Part shown: positions 48,240 to 60,520 of the stretch, piece by piece
Numbering within the stretch: position 1 is the stretch's first letter
How the letters are laid out: the number at the start of each line of letters is the position of its first letter
Assembly (NCBI GenBank): GCA_009602735.1
Contig: WELA01002258.1
Location: 804,244 to 868,243, forward strand
DNA length: 64,000 bases
Direction of reading: 5' to 3'
From: Mesotaenium endlicherianum
Lineage: Eukaryota
Program-made: the position numbers and the translations under genes
Notes under the pieces: model-generated
Database searches by the model: none
Seen by the model: only the letters and a program-made list of their open reading frames with translations
Told to the model about the DNA's origin: nothing

Positions 48240-51200
48240 GTGCGCGCAACCGACAGCAGCACTATCGGCTTAGCCCCCGCAGCAGCTGCGCACACGCACC
48301 GCCACACGGCACGCACACACAGCCTCGCACGGCTGGATGCGTACGGACGGGCAAGGCCGGCACTCACGCGTCGGCAGCAGCATCCCGAAGTGCGCTGCGC
48401 GGCCCGATTTTTGACCGCCGTCTTGACAGAGCGCACAGGTCCGCAAACAGCCAAGGCTTAAACCCTGACTGCGCGCAAAACCCTGGCGCATCTGACATGT
48501 GCGCCAATGCATCCGCAACAAGCGCACGCGCCGTGGTAAGCACGCTCTGTACTTCGTCCGAGGCAGGAGGCACCCGCGGGACCGACAGATAGGGGACCCA
48601 GAACAATCGCGCCTCCAGCGCCTCGGTGGCGCCACTTGTCGACCTGGCAGGAGCCCCAGCGTCGTGCATGGCAGCGCTGTCAATACACGTACAGACGTCG
48701 GCAAGAGCATGACTCCGCGAGCGACATGCTCAGAGGAGCGCGACGCCATCTCCACGACCCCAACGACTAGACAACAAAGCGCCGCTGACAGCACGTAGCC
48801 ATCTCGCGACAGCGCAACGTCACTTGGCGAAGTCACAGCGCTGCAGCCGAGCGCACGTCTACCCCATGATGGAGCGTCCACGACTGGAGCTCGAGGAGCC
48901 AATGACAGAGCACCTGCAGGCTCTGCGCGCCCTGCGCTGCTACCTGTCAGCAGCGACAGGATGCGCCTTGACAGGCCGACAGGTGGCAGGCCTCAGGCCT
49001 GCGTAGCCCCGATAGTCGATGTTGCGAGCAGGCACTGACGGGGCCGCGCAACGGCCAGCACAGCCAGCGCAAACGCCGACACATGCGCCTCTGGCCTGTG
49101 CTGTCCTGCTGATGCCAGCAAGGCTCCCCACCGACTGGGCGGAGACAGGTGGCGCCCTGCTGCAAGCCCGCCAGCCTGCCACCCCGATTGCAGCAACAGC
49201 AGCCTTGCGGGCTGCGACACGACAGCCATCAGCTGCTGCTGCTGCGAGCAGCAGGCTCCAGCAGCAGCGGCCACGTGTCACGCACACGTTGGCCGGAGTG
49301 CCGACTTTCGGCAGCGGCGTGGCCAGGTGCACACGCCCATCTGGGCCAGCGCCACGAACTGCGCTGCGCACATTCGGCAGCAGCGCAGCCGGCACAGCTC
49401 CGGCAGCAGCAGCGCACACGCGCCGCCACATGGCACGTGCATGCAACCCGGCATGGCGAGGTTTGTCCGAGTGACCGTGACAGGCATCCCCGCATGGGGG
49501 GGGGGACCTTGGACTGCGCTGCGCAGCCAGATCACCGTTTGGAGCCCCGACGGAGCACTCAAGCCCCCGCACAGCCAGGGCTTAAACCTTGACTGCGCAC
49601 AACATCCCGACGCACGCGCGACTTGGGTCGCCGGGTTCGCAACGTGCGCACGCGCCAAGAAGGGGGCGCCACAAGCTTCGTCCGGGGAGGCCGCACCCTA
49701 TGCTCTGGACGGACCGGCGTCACGTCGAGGGGACGCAAAGAGCAACCTGGAGACGCCACGTGGCAGCCCACCAGCAGCGCCACACACTGTGCACAGCAGC
49801 GCCAGGCACATCAAACAGCGCAGGCGGTGGAGGGCGTCGACAACACCGCTCCAGCATGCGCCGCTGGTCAGCACCACAGCGTCCGCAGCAGCTGCGCACA
49901 GCAGGAGCGTGCACACGTCGACACGTGTCACGCGCGCACGCCCCGGCACAGCCAGCTGCAATCTGGCGGTCGCGACCGACATTCCTGCGCAAGGGAGGGC
50001 ATCCCCAATTGCGGTGTGCGACCCGATTGCCGGTCAGAGCTTCGACGACGCACTCACGGCTGCGCTCAACCAGAGCTTAAACCCTGGTTGCGCACAAAAC
50101 CCTAGCGCACGCCAATTTGCGCTGCCGGGGTTGCGATAAGCGCACGCACCAAGGGGGGTGCGCCACAAGCTTTGCCCGGGCCAGCCGCACTCCAGGCCAC
50201 AGGTTGGCGTTACGAACCGTCCGCCCCATGAGCTACCTGGGGGCGCTACTTGGCAGCCCCGCAGCAGCCTCGGACGCTACGCACATTTGCGCAGGGCGCG
50301 CTTGCGCACGCGGCCGATAGCGCATCTGTGCGACCAGTGCAGTGGGGGGGAAACAGCGACAACGCTACAGCAGCGCCAGCGCCAGGTTCGCCAGCGCCAG
50401 GTGCACCAGCGCTAGCACCAGCGCAAAGTGCGCCACTGCCAGCGCCAGGTGCGTCAGTGCAGCGCCAGGTGCGTCAGTGCAGCGCCTGTGCCAAAGTACA
50501 CCAACGCCACCACTAGTGCCAACGCCAGCGCCAGCGCCACCCGCAGCACCAATGCCAGACGCGCCAGCGCCAGCGCCACCTGGAGCGCCAGCGCCAGNCG
50601 GCACAGCTCCGGCAGCAGCAGCGCACACGCGCCGCCACATGGCACGTGCATGCAACCCGGCATGGCGAGGTTTGTCCGAGTGACCGTGACAGGCATCCCC
50701 GCATGGGGGGGGGGACCTTGGACTGCGCTGCGCAGCCAGATCACCGTTTGGAGCCCCGACGGAGCACTCAAGCCCCCGCACAGCCAGGGCTTAAACCTTG
50801 ACTGCGCACAACATCCCGACGCACGCGCGACTTGGGTCGCCGGGTTCGCAACGTGCGCACGCGCCAAGAAGGGGGCGCCACAAGCTTCGTCCGGGGAGGC
50901 CGCACCCTATGCTCTGGACGGACCGGCGTCACGTCGAGGGGACGCAAAGAGCAACCTGGAGACGCCACGTGGCAGCCCACCAGCAGCGCCACACACTGTG
51001 CACAGCAGCGCCAGGCACATCAAACAGCGCAGGCGGTGGAGGGCGTCGACAACACCGCTCCAGCATGCGCCGCTGGTCAGCACCACAGCGTCCGCAGCAG
51101 CTGCGCACAGCAGGAGCGTGCACACGTCGACACGTGTCACGCGCGCACGCCCCGGCACAGCCAGCTGCAATCTGGCGGTCGCGACCGACATTCCTGCGCA

Positions 51201-52280
51201 AGGGAGGGCATCCCCAATTGCGGTGTGCGACCCGATTGCCGGTCAGAGCTTCGACGACGCACTCACGGCTGCGCTCAACCAGAGCTTAAACCCTGGTTGC
51301 GCACAAAACCCTAGCGCACGCCAATTTGCGCTGCCGGGGTTGCGATAAGCGCACGCACCAAGGGGGGTGCGCCACAAGCTTTGCCCGGGCCAGCCGCACT
51401 CCAGGCCACAGGTTGGCGTTACGAACCGTCCGCCCCATGAGCTACCTGGGGGCGCTACTTGGCAGCCCCGCAGCAGCCTCGGACGCTACGCACATTTGCG
51501 CAGGGCGCGCTTGCGCACGCGGCCGATAGCGCATCTGTGCGACCAGTGCAGTGGGGGGGAAACAGCGACAACGCTACAGCAGCGCCAGCGCCAGGTTCGC
51601 CAGCGCCAGGTGCACCAGCGCTAGCACCAGCGCAAAGTGCGCCACTGCCAGCGCCAGGTGCGTCAGTGCAGCGCCAGGTGCGTCAGTGCAGCGCCTGTGC
51701 CAAAGTACACCAACGCCACCACTAGTGCCAACGCCAGCGCCAGCGCCACCCGCAGCACCAATGCCAGACGCGCCAGCGCCAGCGCCACCTGGAGCGCCAG
51801 CGCCAGGTGCGCCCGCGCCAGCGCTAGCACTTCGCAAGCGCGACGGACCAGGTTAGGGACGCCGTATTGAGAAGTCACTGCGCCTTCCTCGTTCCTTCCA
51901 CTTCCTAGAGACGTTGTCAGCGCCAGCCGCCTCCGTCCTACACACGCTCGTCTCGCCGATCACGTCGATGCAGCTCAGCAACAAGGTCATCTCGTTGGCA
52001 TTGCAATGGGAGCCGGCATTCTCATCTGCCGATCTAGGCGTGACGCTGGAGACGACGCGACAGGCAGCCCAGCTGCTGCTACAGCCCCGCGGTACCAGTC
52101 TATGCACCGCTGCCGGCAGGCCAGCGTCCGACGTCGCCTCCGTAGTGCTCCCCGCGCCCCGCGCGACCTCCGTGCGAGCGCAAGAGGATCAGCAATCTTA
52201 ACGCTGCGTTTCTGGATAATGCGCACGGAATTGTCCTCGTCCTTCGTCCTCGTCCTTGTCCTTCGTCCCGGTTGAGAGTC
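48240..52280. repeat. GC/CpG-rich block of diverged subrepeats, (GCGCCA)n runs and an exact 1209-bp duplication
   Basis: GCTTAAACC(C/T)TG units near 48456, 49580, 50074, 50789 and 51283. About 49390-50588 recurs at 50599-51797 after a single N at 50598. Confidence 0.85.
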
Positions 52281-53024
52281 GGCAATGTTGCTGCGGACGT
52301 ATTATTGCGTGCACATTATTGCGAGGCGGCCTTATACTATCTATTGGGTTGCAGCAGCACTCTCTAGATGACTATGCGTAACTATTATCTCTCCTAATAT
52401 ATTAGTACTTTACTTAGGGCTCAGTTACCTTGCAACACCGCATGCAGGTGAGCATTAATGCCATATTTTAGATGTCTTTGCTTTCACTCAATCACTATAT
52501 GAACTTTGTGGCCCTACTGTGCTACTGTGCTAACCACACATACAATATGTAACTAAATTCCCGGCTTCTTGGGGCTAACTCTTGTACTGGTGCTGAACAG
52601 CTTGCGAGGCGCTTGAAGCCCAAAGGCATGAGAATGATCCAAGTTCCGTCCTCCTAACTCTCACAGAGGCGTAGGCACTTCAATTATGAATCAGAACACA
52701 CGGGATTGAGGCTTGCAGGGTCCTCGAGAGCTTGCTGTGATCTAAGAACGTGGCAGGCTGCAAGCATCAAGATGGGGGGGGGGCTGGAGGCCATCGTAAT
52801 AAATCATAATGTTTTATTTCTTCTTCCAGCATTGGCGATGTACATAATCTTGAAATCCATGTATACGTTAAGACCAGATTTTTCCAAATCTGGATTTTGA
52901 AGTTGCATCAAAGCAACTTTGATTTGACTCCTTATTAGCGGCATGAAGCTCCTATGAAAAGGGTGAGCTTGGTCCCACTGCGGCCGAGACCTCAACTAGG
53001 ACACGAGCAAGTGTTTCCGACACC

Positions 53025-53450
53025 TCAATAGCAGCAATAAGTGCCAGAAAGAGTGAATCTGCTCCCACTGCGGCTTGCTTTCGCCTTGTATATGTAACAG
53101 TTAGTAGACCTTCGCGAAATGTAAAAGATGGCCGTCATTATGTCCACATCTTCCCCGTAGTAGTTTTGATCAAGAACATCATATGTGGCTGCGTAGTAGT
53201 TGGGCAGAAGTCGCAGACGAGAGAACCAAAGGTATCTGCCGGAACTCAGGTAGACAGAGACAGAGTACGAGTAACAGCTATCTCGTGGGGTCAAGCTGCG
53301 AGCAGCTGCCAGGGTGCTCTTCACTTCTTGGACTTCAGCCTGCTTGGCTTCCTTCTTCTTTGCAGTGCCCGCCGTGCGCCTCAAAAGGTCGGTGTCGATA
53401 GAAGTGCGGGAGGTGCACATCTTGAGCGTGGGTGTCTCGCGTGTTCAGAT
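53025..53450 (-). CDS. Possible terminal exon of a small Tyr/Cys-rich protein gene (or pseudogene)
   Basis: 131-aa ORF, preceded by GCTAAG-polypyrimidine-TAG acceptor at about 53451-53495. Downstream of the TATA box at about 54860. No family recognised. Confidence 0.35.
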
Positions 53451-54519
53451 CTACAAAATAACAGAAGAGAATGAGTGCCAAGTTGACTTAGCGTGATGTC
53501 CCTACCATTGAGCATATGATATATTGAACATGTGATGCGGCTTTGGTTCATACACAGCAATGCAGACCATGCAGCTGAACGCTATCAGAACAGAGATAAT
53601 AAACAGGGTCAATCAGGCGTGTGTGGAGACGGGTGGAGGTATCTACTTGGGTGCTAATAAATACCTTTCACATGAGTACATGTAGTGTTCAAGCAATATG
53701 TCTACGCATACACATGGCTGGGTGCCTTAGCAGCCAGCAAACAAACGTTTTTTGTGTTATAAAATAATACTGCGTACGTATTCAAATGTATACTATCAAC
53801 ATAAATTTACGTCTGTAAATGGCCAAGACGTGCATATTTGTGCAGCTAACAACTCATGGACGTTCCGTATAAAATGTATACCTGTACAGGTATGGCCTGT
53901 AAGGCAAGTGACGGCGACATCCTTGCATTCCTCTGCGCTACTCTTTGCAAGAGCTCCATAAAGTGCGCCTGCCAATGACGTGACGATGGTGACACAACAA
54001 TACAAGCAGGTAAGTTCATAGCTTGGGGAGAGTGAAGGGAAGACTTTGCGTCCTGTGTCTGTATTCACACCGACAAGAGCTGTTATTTGATGCGAGAAAG
54101 AAACACCCTCCTGTAGCCCGGACATATTGAATCATTATTGCGTTCTAGCATCCGCTCCTAGACATGTTTGTGTTTATTAATGGGACACAAATAGCGTCAA
54201 CTACTTGCTGAAATCACTAAGAAGAGAAGCTTTGCACCCACTTTCCCACTCGCCAAGGCCATCTTGTTCTTGTGTTCAAACTGCTGCACTGAAAGCACCA
54301 TGAGATAAAAACATCACGTGTCAGCTGATAAGTTACACAGTAACGTGGAAGACAGCACTATCCCTGCCATGACCTCAAGTTGCAGGTAGTCATGCAGACG
54401 TCCTTCACTTATTGCCAAATATGAAAAGAATTGTAAGCAACGAAGCACACCAATTGACCTACAGCTAACTAAGCATGCGCGAAGAGAAACTCCTGGGCTC
54501 ATATTGCGAACGGTGACTA

Positions 54520-55542
54520 CCAACGTGGATGTATAAGACTACCCACATTTAACCTGTAAATGACGCTTCTGTTGACAATTGATAGACCACCAACACGATA
54601 CATCATTATGAGACTCGTCAAATCAACAAGTTGTCGCGGTTATAAAACGCAACGACGACATGGCGCTCTTACCTGAATATGACCGGGGGCGTCGAGGCCT
54701 TGTACCGGGGTCGTGAATGCCTCCAAGAGCTTCTTCGCGGGCACAAACACTAGGTCAATTTTTGTGGCCAGTTGTTATCTTCGCGAGGTCAGTCTGCAGA
54801 ACAACAGCGTGTGTAATTGAGGAGTCGATTGTGCAAGGAGAAGCTTTACACGAACCTTATATATACTGCTCGACGCCACTGGACGAAACTGGATGAAACA
54901 TCCTGTTGTGGTTCTGGAGGAAACGTCCGGTCTACTCCCGAGCTCTGCCTGAGCTGCTCCTGAGGCTGACGATTCAAAAAATGTCAGGTGTGACTAAATC
55001 CAGGTCGACTCGAGTTGAATCCCCGGTCCTTGGTGCGACTCGAGAATGTTGGAAGTGCATGACCTGAGATGGCTTGGAAGAACTGGAGATACTATAATTG
55101 GTATAAACTGGTACCGCCTCTGAAAGCAGTGCATGTGAGTCGTGACATGAGAGTTGTTTGATCTTGAGTCAACGCGGTTGGAACCCATTCCAGCATCTTG
55201 AAATCTCACGTGGACCGATCAGGGCGATGCTTACGCGTGGGACTTTCCGTATGCACCAGCTCGCATGCGTCCTTGTTCTCTTCTCATTTGACAATTGATC
55301 CCAGTAATATAGTCATCGTCAATGGTTTCACAACCGTGATTCTTTCATCGAAGCACCGTAATGAACACCGGGTCAAGCGCAACGCGGCGCCTAGTACTTA
55401 TTGCCTCATGGTCCCTCCTCCACCGCCACTGCTACCTTGTGACGAATTTTCTGCCCGCAGCGTGTACAATATGCGAGTGTGAGCGAGAATGACTTTGACT
55501 TTTAGCAAGTGCATGACCGGATGACAATCGACTGTGACCGAG
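54520..55542 (-). repeat. Right arm of the long inverted repeat, with TATA box (about 54857-54865) and CAG|GTAAG donor (about 54672)
   Basis: Matches 35595-35919 joined to 47513-48239. Confidence 0.9.
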
Positions 55543-56176
55543 TGACCCTCGCTCCGACTCAATTCCTTGCTCTATACGCAGCCTTACGTTCCCCCTAGCC
55601 GCGTTTACCACCTTTCATGGCGATTTGCTCCAGTTGGCAGTGGCTACTGTGGCTTGCTTCGGTTGGCTTTACCAGACTTCAATGCGATGCGTTCTCCTTT
55701 GGGTATCTGAAGCCCGTCCGCTCTACCTTTTTTTCTCTGACCTATTTCAAGGCTGTTTCAAGGTGGTACAAGGAGTGTTCGTTACTAAGATCACCTGAGG
55801 GCTCTAATCAGTAGAAAATCAAATATATGGATGATGTTTAAATTCTTCTAGCATTTGCGGTCGTGCTTAACAGTGTCTGTCCCTTAGCACGTGCATAGCC
55901 TTTCAGCACGTGTGCCTTCGACCTGGTCGATGTGTCGGTCGATGTATCGATGGCCCTCCTCACGTGCGGGCAAACATGGTCGATCAATCTTCGCACGTGT
56001 GTCGGTGACAAGCCTTACCAGGGTTAACCCATCCCTGGGCTCCTGAACTTGCACCATGCAACGATGACCAGTACTCGAGGCATCATTCTCCTTCACCCAA
56101 CTCTCACCGTCTGCTTACCCTGAGATTTTAGCAGAAAATTCAAAAAAATACCTGCCTTGCCTTAATTCCTCCTACA
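55543..56176 (-). repeat. 3' LTR of the DNMT-Gypsy
   Basis: Starts TGTAGG right after the PPT and ends GGGTCA where inverted-repeat homology resumes. The partner LTR is not in the window. Confidence 0.7.
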
Positions 56177-56186
56177 CCCCTCCCTT

Positions 56187-56853
56187 TCAGCTGAGGCGTC
56201 CCTGCCTTTTCTGCTGAAAGCTATTATTTTCCAGCCTTCTAGCTAGGGGTTTAGGGAGGCAGTCAGGACATTCCCATTGTTCTGCCATAATCTCTTCCTC
56301 GCCAATGCAGGATGTGTGCCAACGGGCACCACACTTATCGCAAGTTACCATTGCTTCCTGATCATCCAGCACTTTGCAGCTGGCACAAGGCGTGGCTGGC
56401 ACCAATTCCTCGGGCACAACCCTAATCGTAGGATTAATATTCGGCAAATGGCTTAGCGAACAATTTTGCACGTGGTCTCTCATGGTTTTACCATCGAAAC
56501 CTTCCAGTTCAAACACACCATTGTCAAACGCATGCACCTGAACTGGTGTCGATGGTGGTCTTGGTCTGGCGCTTGCGGTAGAAAAAGTCTCCTTCTTGAA
56601 TCTGCGTCATCTGCAGGCGGTAACTTCCGTCTCGCGTCCTGGCGTAACGCTGCGTATCTCTTTTCTGTGCAATTTTCAGATTGTCCAGTGCAGCCGGCAT
56701 TATGCGCTCAAATAACGCCTTACGGCGTACCATCACCTTTAGCAGTTTATCAGGGCTGTCCAGGTCTTTCACTTGTTTAATCTCCCGCTTGATGCTGTTG
56801 GGCACTACTAGACTTCTGCCAAACAATATCTGATATGGCAAGTAATGCGCCAA
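56187..56853 (-). pseudogene. Duplicated integrase C-terminus and PHD finger (copy 2)
   Basis: CASC..CDKC..WHTSC..WECPDC. A small deletion causes a frameshift near 56535. Confidence 0.88.
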
Positions 56854-56916
56854 GACTTTAGCAGAAAATTCAAAAAAATACCTGCCTTGCCTTAATTCCT
56901 CTTACACCCCTCCCTT

Positions 56917-58260
56917 TCAGCTGAGGCGTCCCTGCCTTTTCTGCTGAAAGCTATTATTTTCCAGTCCTGTAGCTAGGGGTTTAGGAAGGCAATCAGGACA
57001 TTCCCATCGTCCTGCCATAATTACTTCCTCGCCAATGCAGAAAGTGTGCCAACGGGCACCACACTTGTCGCAAGTTACCATTGCTTCTTGATTGTCCAGC
57101 ACTTTGCAGCTGGCACAAGGCGTGGCAGGCACCAATTCCTCGGGCACATCCCTAACTGCGGGATCAATATTCGGCAAATGGCATAGCGAGCAATTTCGCA
57201 CGTGGTCTCTTATGGTTTTACCATCAGAACCTTCCAGTTCTAACACACCATTGTCAAACGCATGTTTCACGCGCAAGATCACTGCACCTGAACTGGTGTC
57301 GATGGTGGTCTTGGTCTAGCGCTTGCGGTAGACAAAGTCTCCTTCTTGAATCCGCGTCATCTGCAGGCAGTAGCTCCCGTCTGGCGTCCTGGCGTAACGT
57401 TGCGTATCTCTTTTCTGTGCAATTTTCAGATTGTCTACTGCAGCCGATATCATGCGCTCAAATAACGCCTTACACGCACCATCACTTTTAAAAGTTTATC
57501 AGGGCTGTCCAGGTCTTTCACCTGTTCAATCTCCTGCTTGATGCTGCTGGGCACTATTGGACTTTCGCCAAACAGTATCTGATATGGCCAGTATTGCGCC
57601 AAGGCAGCCTGTTTGCTGAATTTGTAACCCATAACCAGCCATGGCAGGGCTAGATCCCAGTCACGCTTGTCATGCTCGAGGCAAAACTTGCGCAACGCAG
57701 ACTTAACGATTTGCACCATCCTTTCTGCCAGACCATCTGCTTGCGGATGATCTCTAGACGTAGTGCGATGATCAATGAAGCATCTATCCAAGAGTTTCTG
57801 AAAAGACCCTTGGAACTCAGACCCTTGGTCTGTCAGCACTTCTGCTGGAGCTCCATGACGCACAATCACACCATTGAGTAGCGCTTCTGCGGTCCCCAGA
57901 CTCTCCTTAGCAGTCAGAGGCACGACCTCTATCCACTTAGAGAAATGCTCAATCATGACCATGATATACTTGTTACCTCGCTTAGACAGCGGTAGCTCAC
58001 CTGCGAGATCGCAGCTCCAGCGATAGCCTAGGCCCATGATCGGCAAAGGTTGCAAATGTGGATGTTGCTGTGTAAAACCAGCCTTGACGCGATCACAGCT
58101 TTGGCAAGCCTTGATCACATCTTCACACTGCTGCTTCATGTCCCTCCACCAGTAAGACAGTTCCAAAAGACTATACGTCTTCTTGACACCATAGTGTCCA
58201 GTGTTCTCGTGCATTTCCTGCACAAGAGCTCGTCTCCCGATGGGTTGTGGCACTAACTTC
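56917..58260 (-). pseudogene. Integrase with C-terminal PHD finger (copy 1)
   Basis: H-H-C-C, WSCDLAG, TDQGSEF, ADGLAER, then C4-H-C3 PHD PCASC..CDKC..WHTFC..WECPDC. Confidence 0.92.
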
Positions 58261-58539
58261 TCCTGACCAGTACCTTCAATTTTGAAGAGGTTGTTGCGTT
58301 TCCAGCAAAACCATTCAGCTCAATGGCTTACCTGATCCTTCTCCTTTACTCATAGTCCTTCCAAGAGAATTCCCGTCTTCAGCCACTGCATAGTATCTTG
58401 ATCTTTCCAGATTTCTGGACTGAACAGGAATAGAGGCTCAGCTTCACCTGATGCTACTAATCCAGCCATTTCGGCTCAGCAAGCCACCAACTCTGCTGGG
58501 CTGCTCGGGTGTTCGTCTTCTCAAGCTCCTGTTCTGTCG

Positions 58540-60520
58540 TCTGAAGATGGGTCTGGGTTCCTGCTGAGTCCATTGGCGTCGTTGTTGAGCACTCCTGCTC
58601 TGTGCACCACTGTCATTAGGTACTCTTGTAGCTTAAGAGCCTAGCGAGCTAACTTACCAGTGAGGTCTCCATTCTTCATCAGCCATAGTAATGGTGAGTG
58701 ATCCGTGATCAGCGTGAAGGGTCTTCCCCACAGATACTCTCTGAAGTGTGTGACAGCCCAAACCACTGCCAGCAGCTCTCCTTCGTAGGACGAGTAGTTG
58801 CTCTCCGCTCGATTCTTAGATCGTGAGGCATAGGCAATGACAAACTACTCTCTAGGGCTTGCGGCCTGAGTGAGTATTGCGCCAATTCCCACACGACACC
58901 AGTCAGTGTGCAGATTGAACGGCTTGGAGTAGTCGGGCGTTCGCAAGACTGGAGCTGTTACCAGCCGCTCCTTAAGCTCGTTCATGGCTTTCTCCTGAAC
59001 TTCTGTCCACACAAAAGGCACATCCTTTTCCAGGAGTTCCGTCAGGGGTTTAGCAATTCTACTATAATCCTTCACAAACTTACGATAGTATCCGCTTAGC
59101 CCTAACAGAGCTTTCAGCTTAGACACATTCGCAGGTGCAGGTATCTTATAAATGGCCTCAGTCTTCACTGTAGTGAAACAGATAGATGAAGTACTTATTG
59201 AAATATAATACTTTATCTATTCAAGACAAGGATCTTTGAACACAAGTGGTAGCTTCTTGAAAGAGAGATGGCTTCTTGAAAATTAATATATTTCTGGATT
59301 TTGGCAAGTACAAGAGGGATTCTGGAATGTCTTTCTATGTTCTAGCTCTTGTTAATATACTTGCTAAATAAGTAATTTCTAGGAAGGTGTATGTTAATGT
59401 GTTGGCACCCAACACATCCCAAAACTTGCCACCTCTTTCTAGAATAATGTACACATGTCCTTTTGACCTAAAAATGGCACATTTGACTTTTGCCACGTGG
59501 AGTTCTTCTAGGTCTTTCCTCTAACTTCGAAAATGCCTTAGAAGGTTCAAAGGACATGAACCAAGTCACTAGAGTACCTATTCACACTTGAATCCACACA
59601 ATACTACTTCAAATATATTTGAAAACATTAAAATATATGCAAACTAATATATAATAACTTAAATCACTACATTCACAGCCTGAGGGGACATAGCATTGTT
59701 CCCAATCTCATGTCCTAGGGAAGGCACGTGTGCCTCAAAGAATCTGCACTTCCCTGGATGCAGCTTCATCTGGAATTTCTCCAGGCGTTGAAACACTTGT
59801 TCCAAGTGCTTGAGGTGCTCCTCTATGGTCTTGCTGAATACTACCACATTGTCAATGTATGGTTTAGCAAAATCCAGCCCCTCCAGCACTTTATCCATAG
59901 TCCTCTAAAATATGGCTGGGGCATTTTGCAGCCCAAATGGCATTACTTTCCATTGCCAAAGTTCCCTTTGAGCCCAGAAAGCGGTCTTACCTTGATCTTC
60001 TGATTTCACAGGAATCTGGTTGAAGCCTTGGCGCAGATCGATAATGCTGAACACCTTTCCGGTGGTGGCAATTGCAAAGATCCGCTCCGGTGTAGGCATC
60101 ACATAGCTGTCTGGCTCCGTATAGAGATTCAGTCGCCTATAAATCTCCACACATACGAGTGGCAGTGTAATTGCCGGCCTCGTCCTTTTTAGCGACTACT
60201 ACTTTGGGAGCCCCATGCACTGAGGTGGATTTTCCAATCATGCGGAGTTAATGCAGCTCTTCGCAAGTTTTCTCCACACAGTCCCACTCTGTCTGACTCA
60301 GCTTATGCGGCCCAAGTCTGACTGGGTCATCAGTAGTGAGGGTGATTTCACACATACTGGCACTGGTTCTACCAATCTCCTCTTCAGTAAACGCAAACAC
60401 CTTGCGGTGTTTCTTCAGCAACCTTTCTACTTGTGCTCTCTGCTGGGCTGAGACCATTTTCCCAATGGCAAAAGTCTCAATTTCAGGTTGCTTCTCCCCA
60501 ACAAAGGCATCCAATAGTTG
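58540..60520 (-). pseudogene. RT and RNase H of the DNMT-Gypsy (split by a solo LTR)
   Basis: IDLRQGFNQI, MPFGLQNAPA, YIDN (decayed YIDD), HTDWC, RNRAESNYSSYEGELLAVVWAV. Confidence 0.92.
59169..59671 (-). mobile_element. Family-A solo LTR, TSD TTCAC
   Basis: 503 bp, nearly identical to 27637-28139. TTCAC at 59164-59168 and 59672-59676. Confidence 0.97.

Noticed and set aside
49390..51797. Exact 1209-bp tandem duplication as a biological event
   Set aside because: The copies look identical and are separated by a single N at 50598, typical of an unmerged contig overlap.
48159..51878. Many overlapping 100-300 aa ORFs, including Ala-Pro and Ser-Ala repeats
   Set aside because: They are open in several frames on both strands because of high GC and (GCGCCA)n. 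No domain was recognised.
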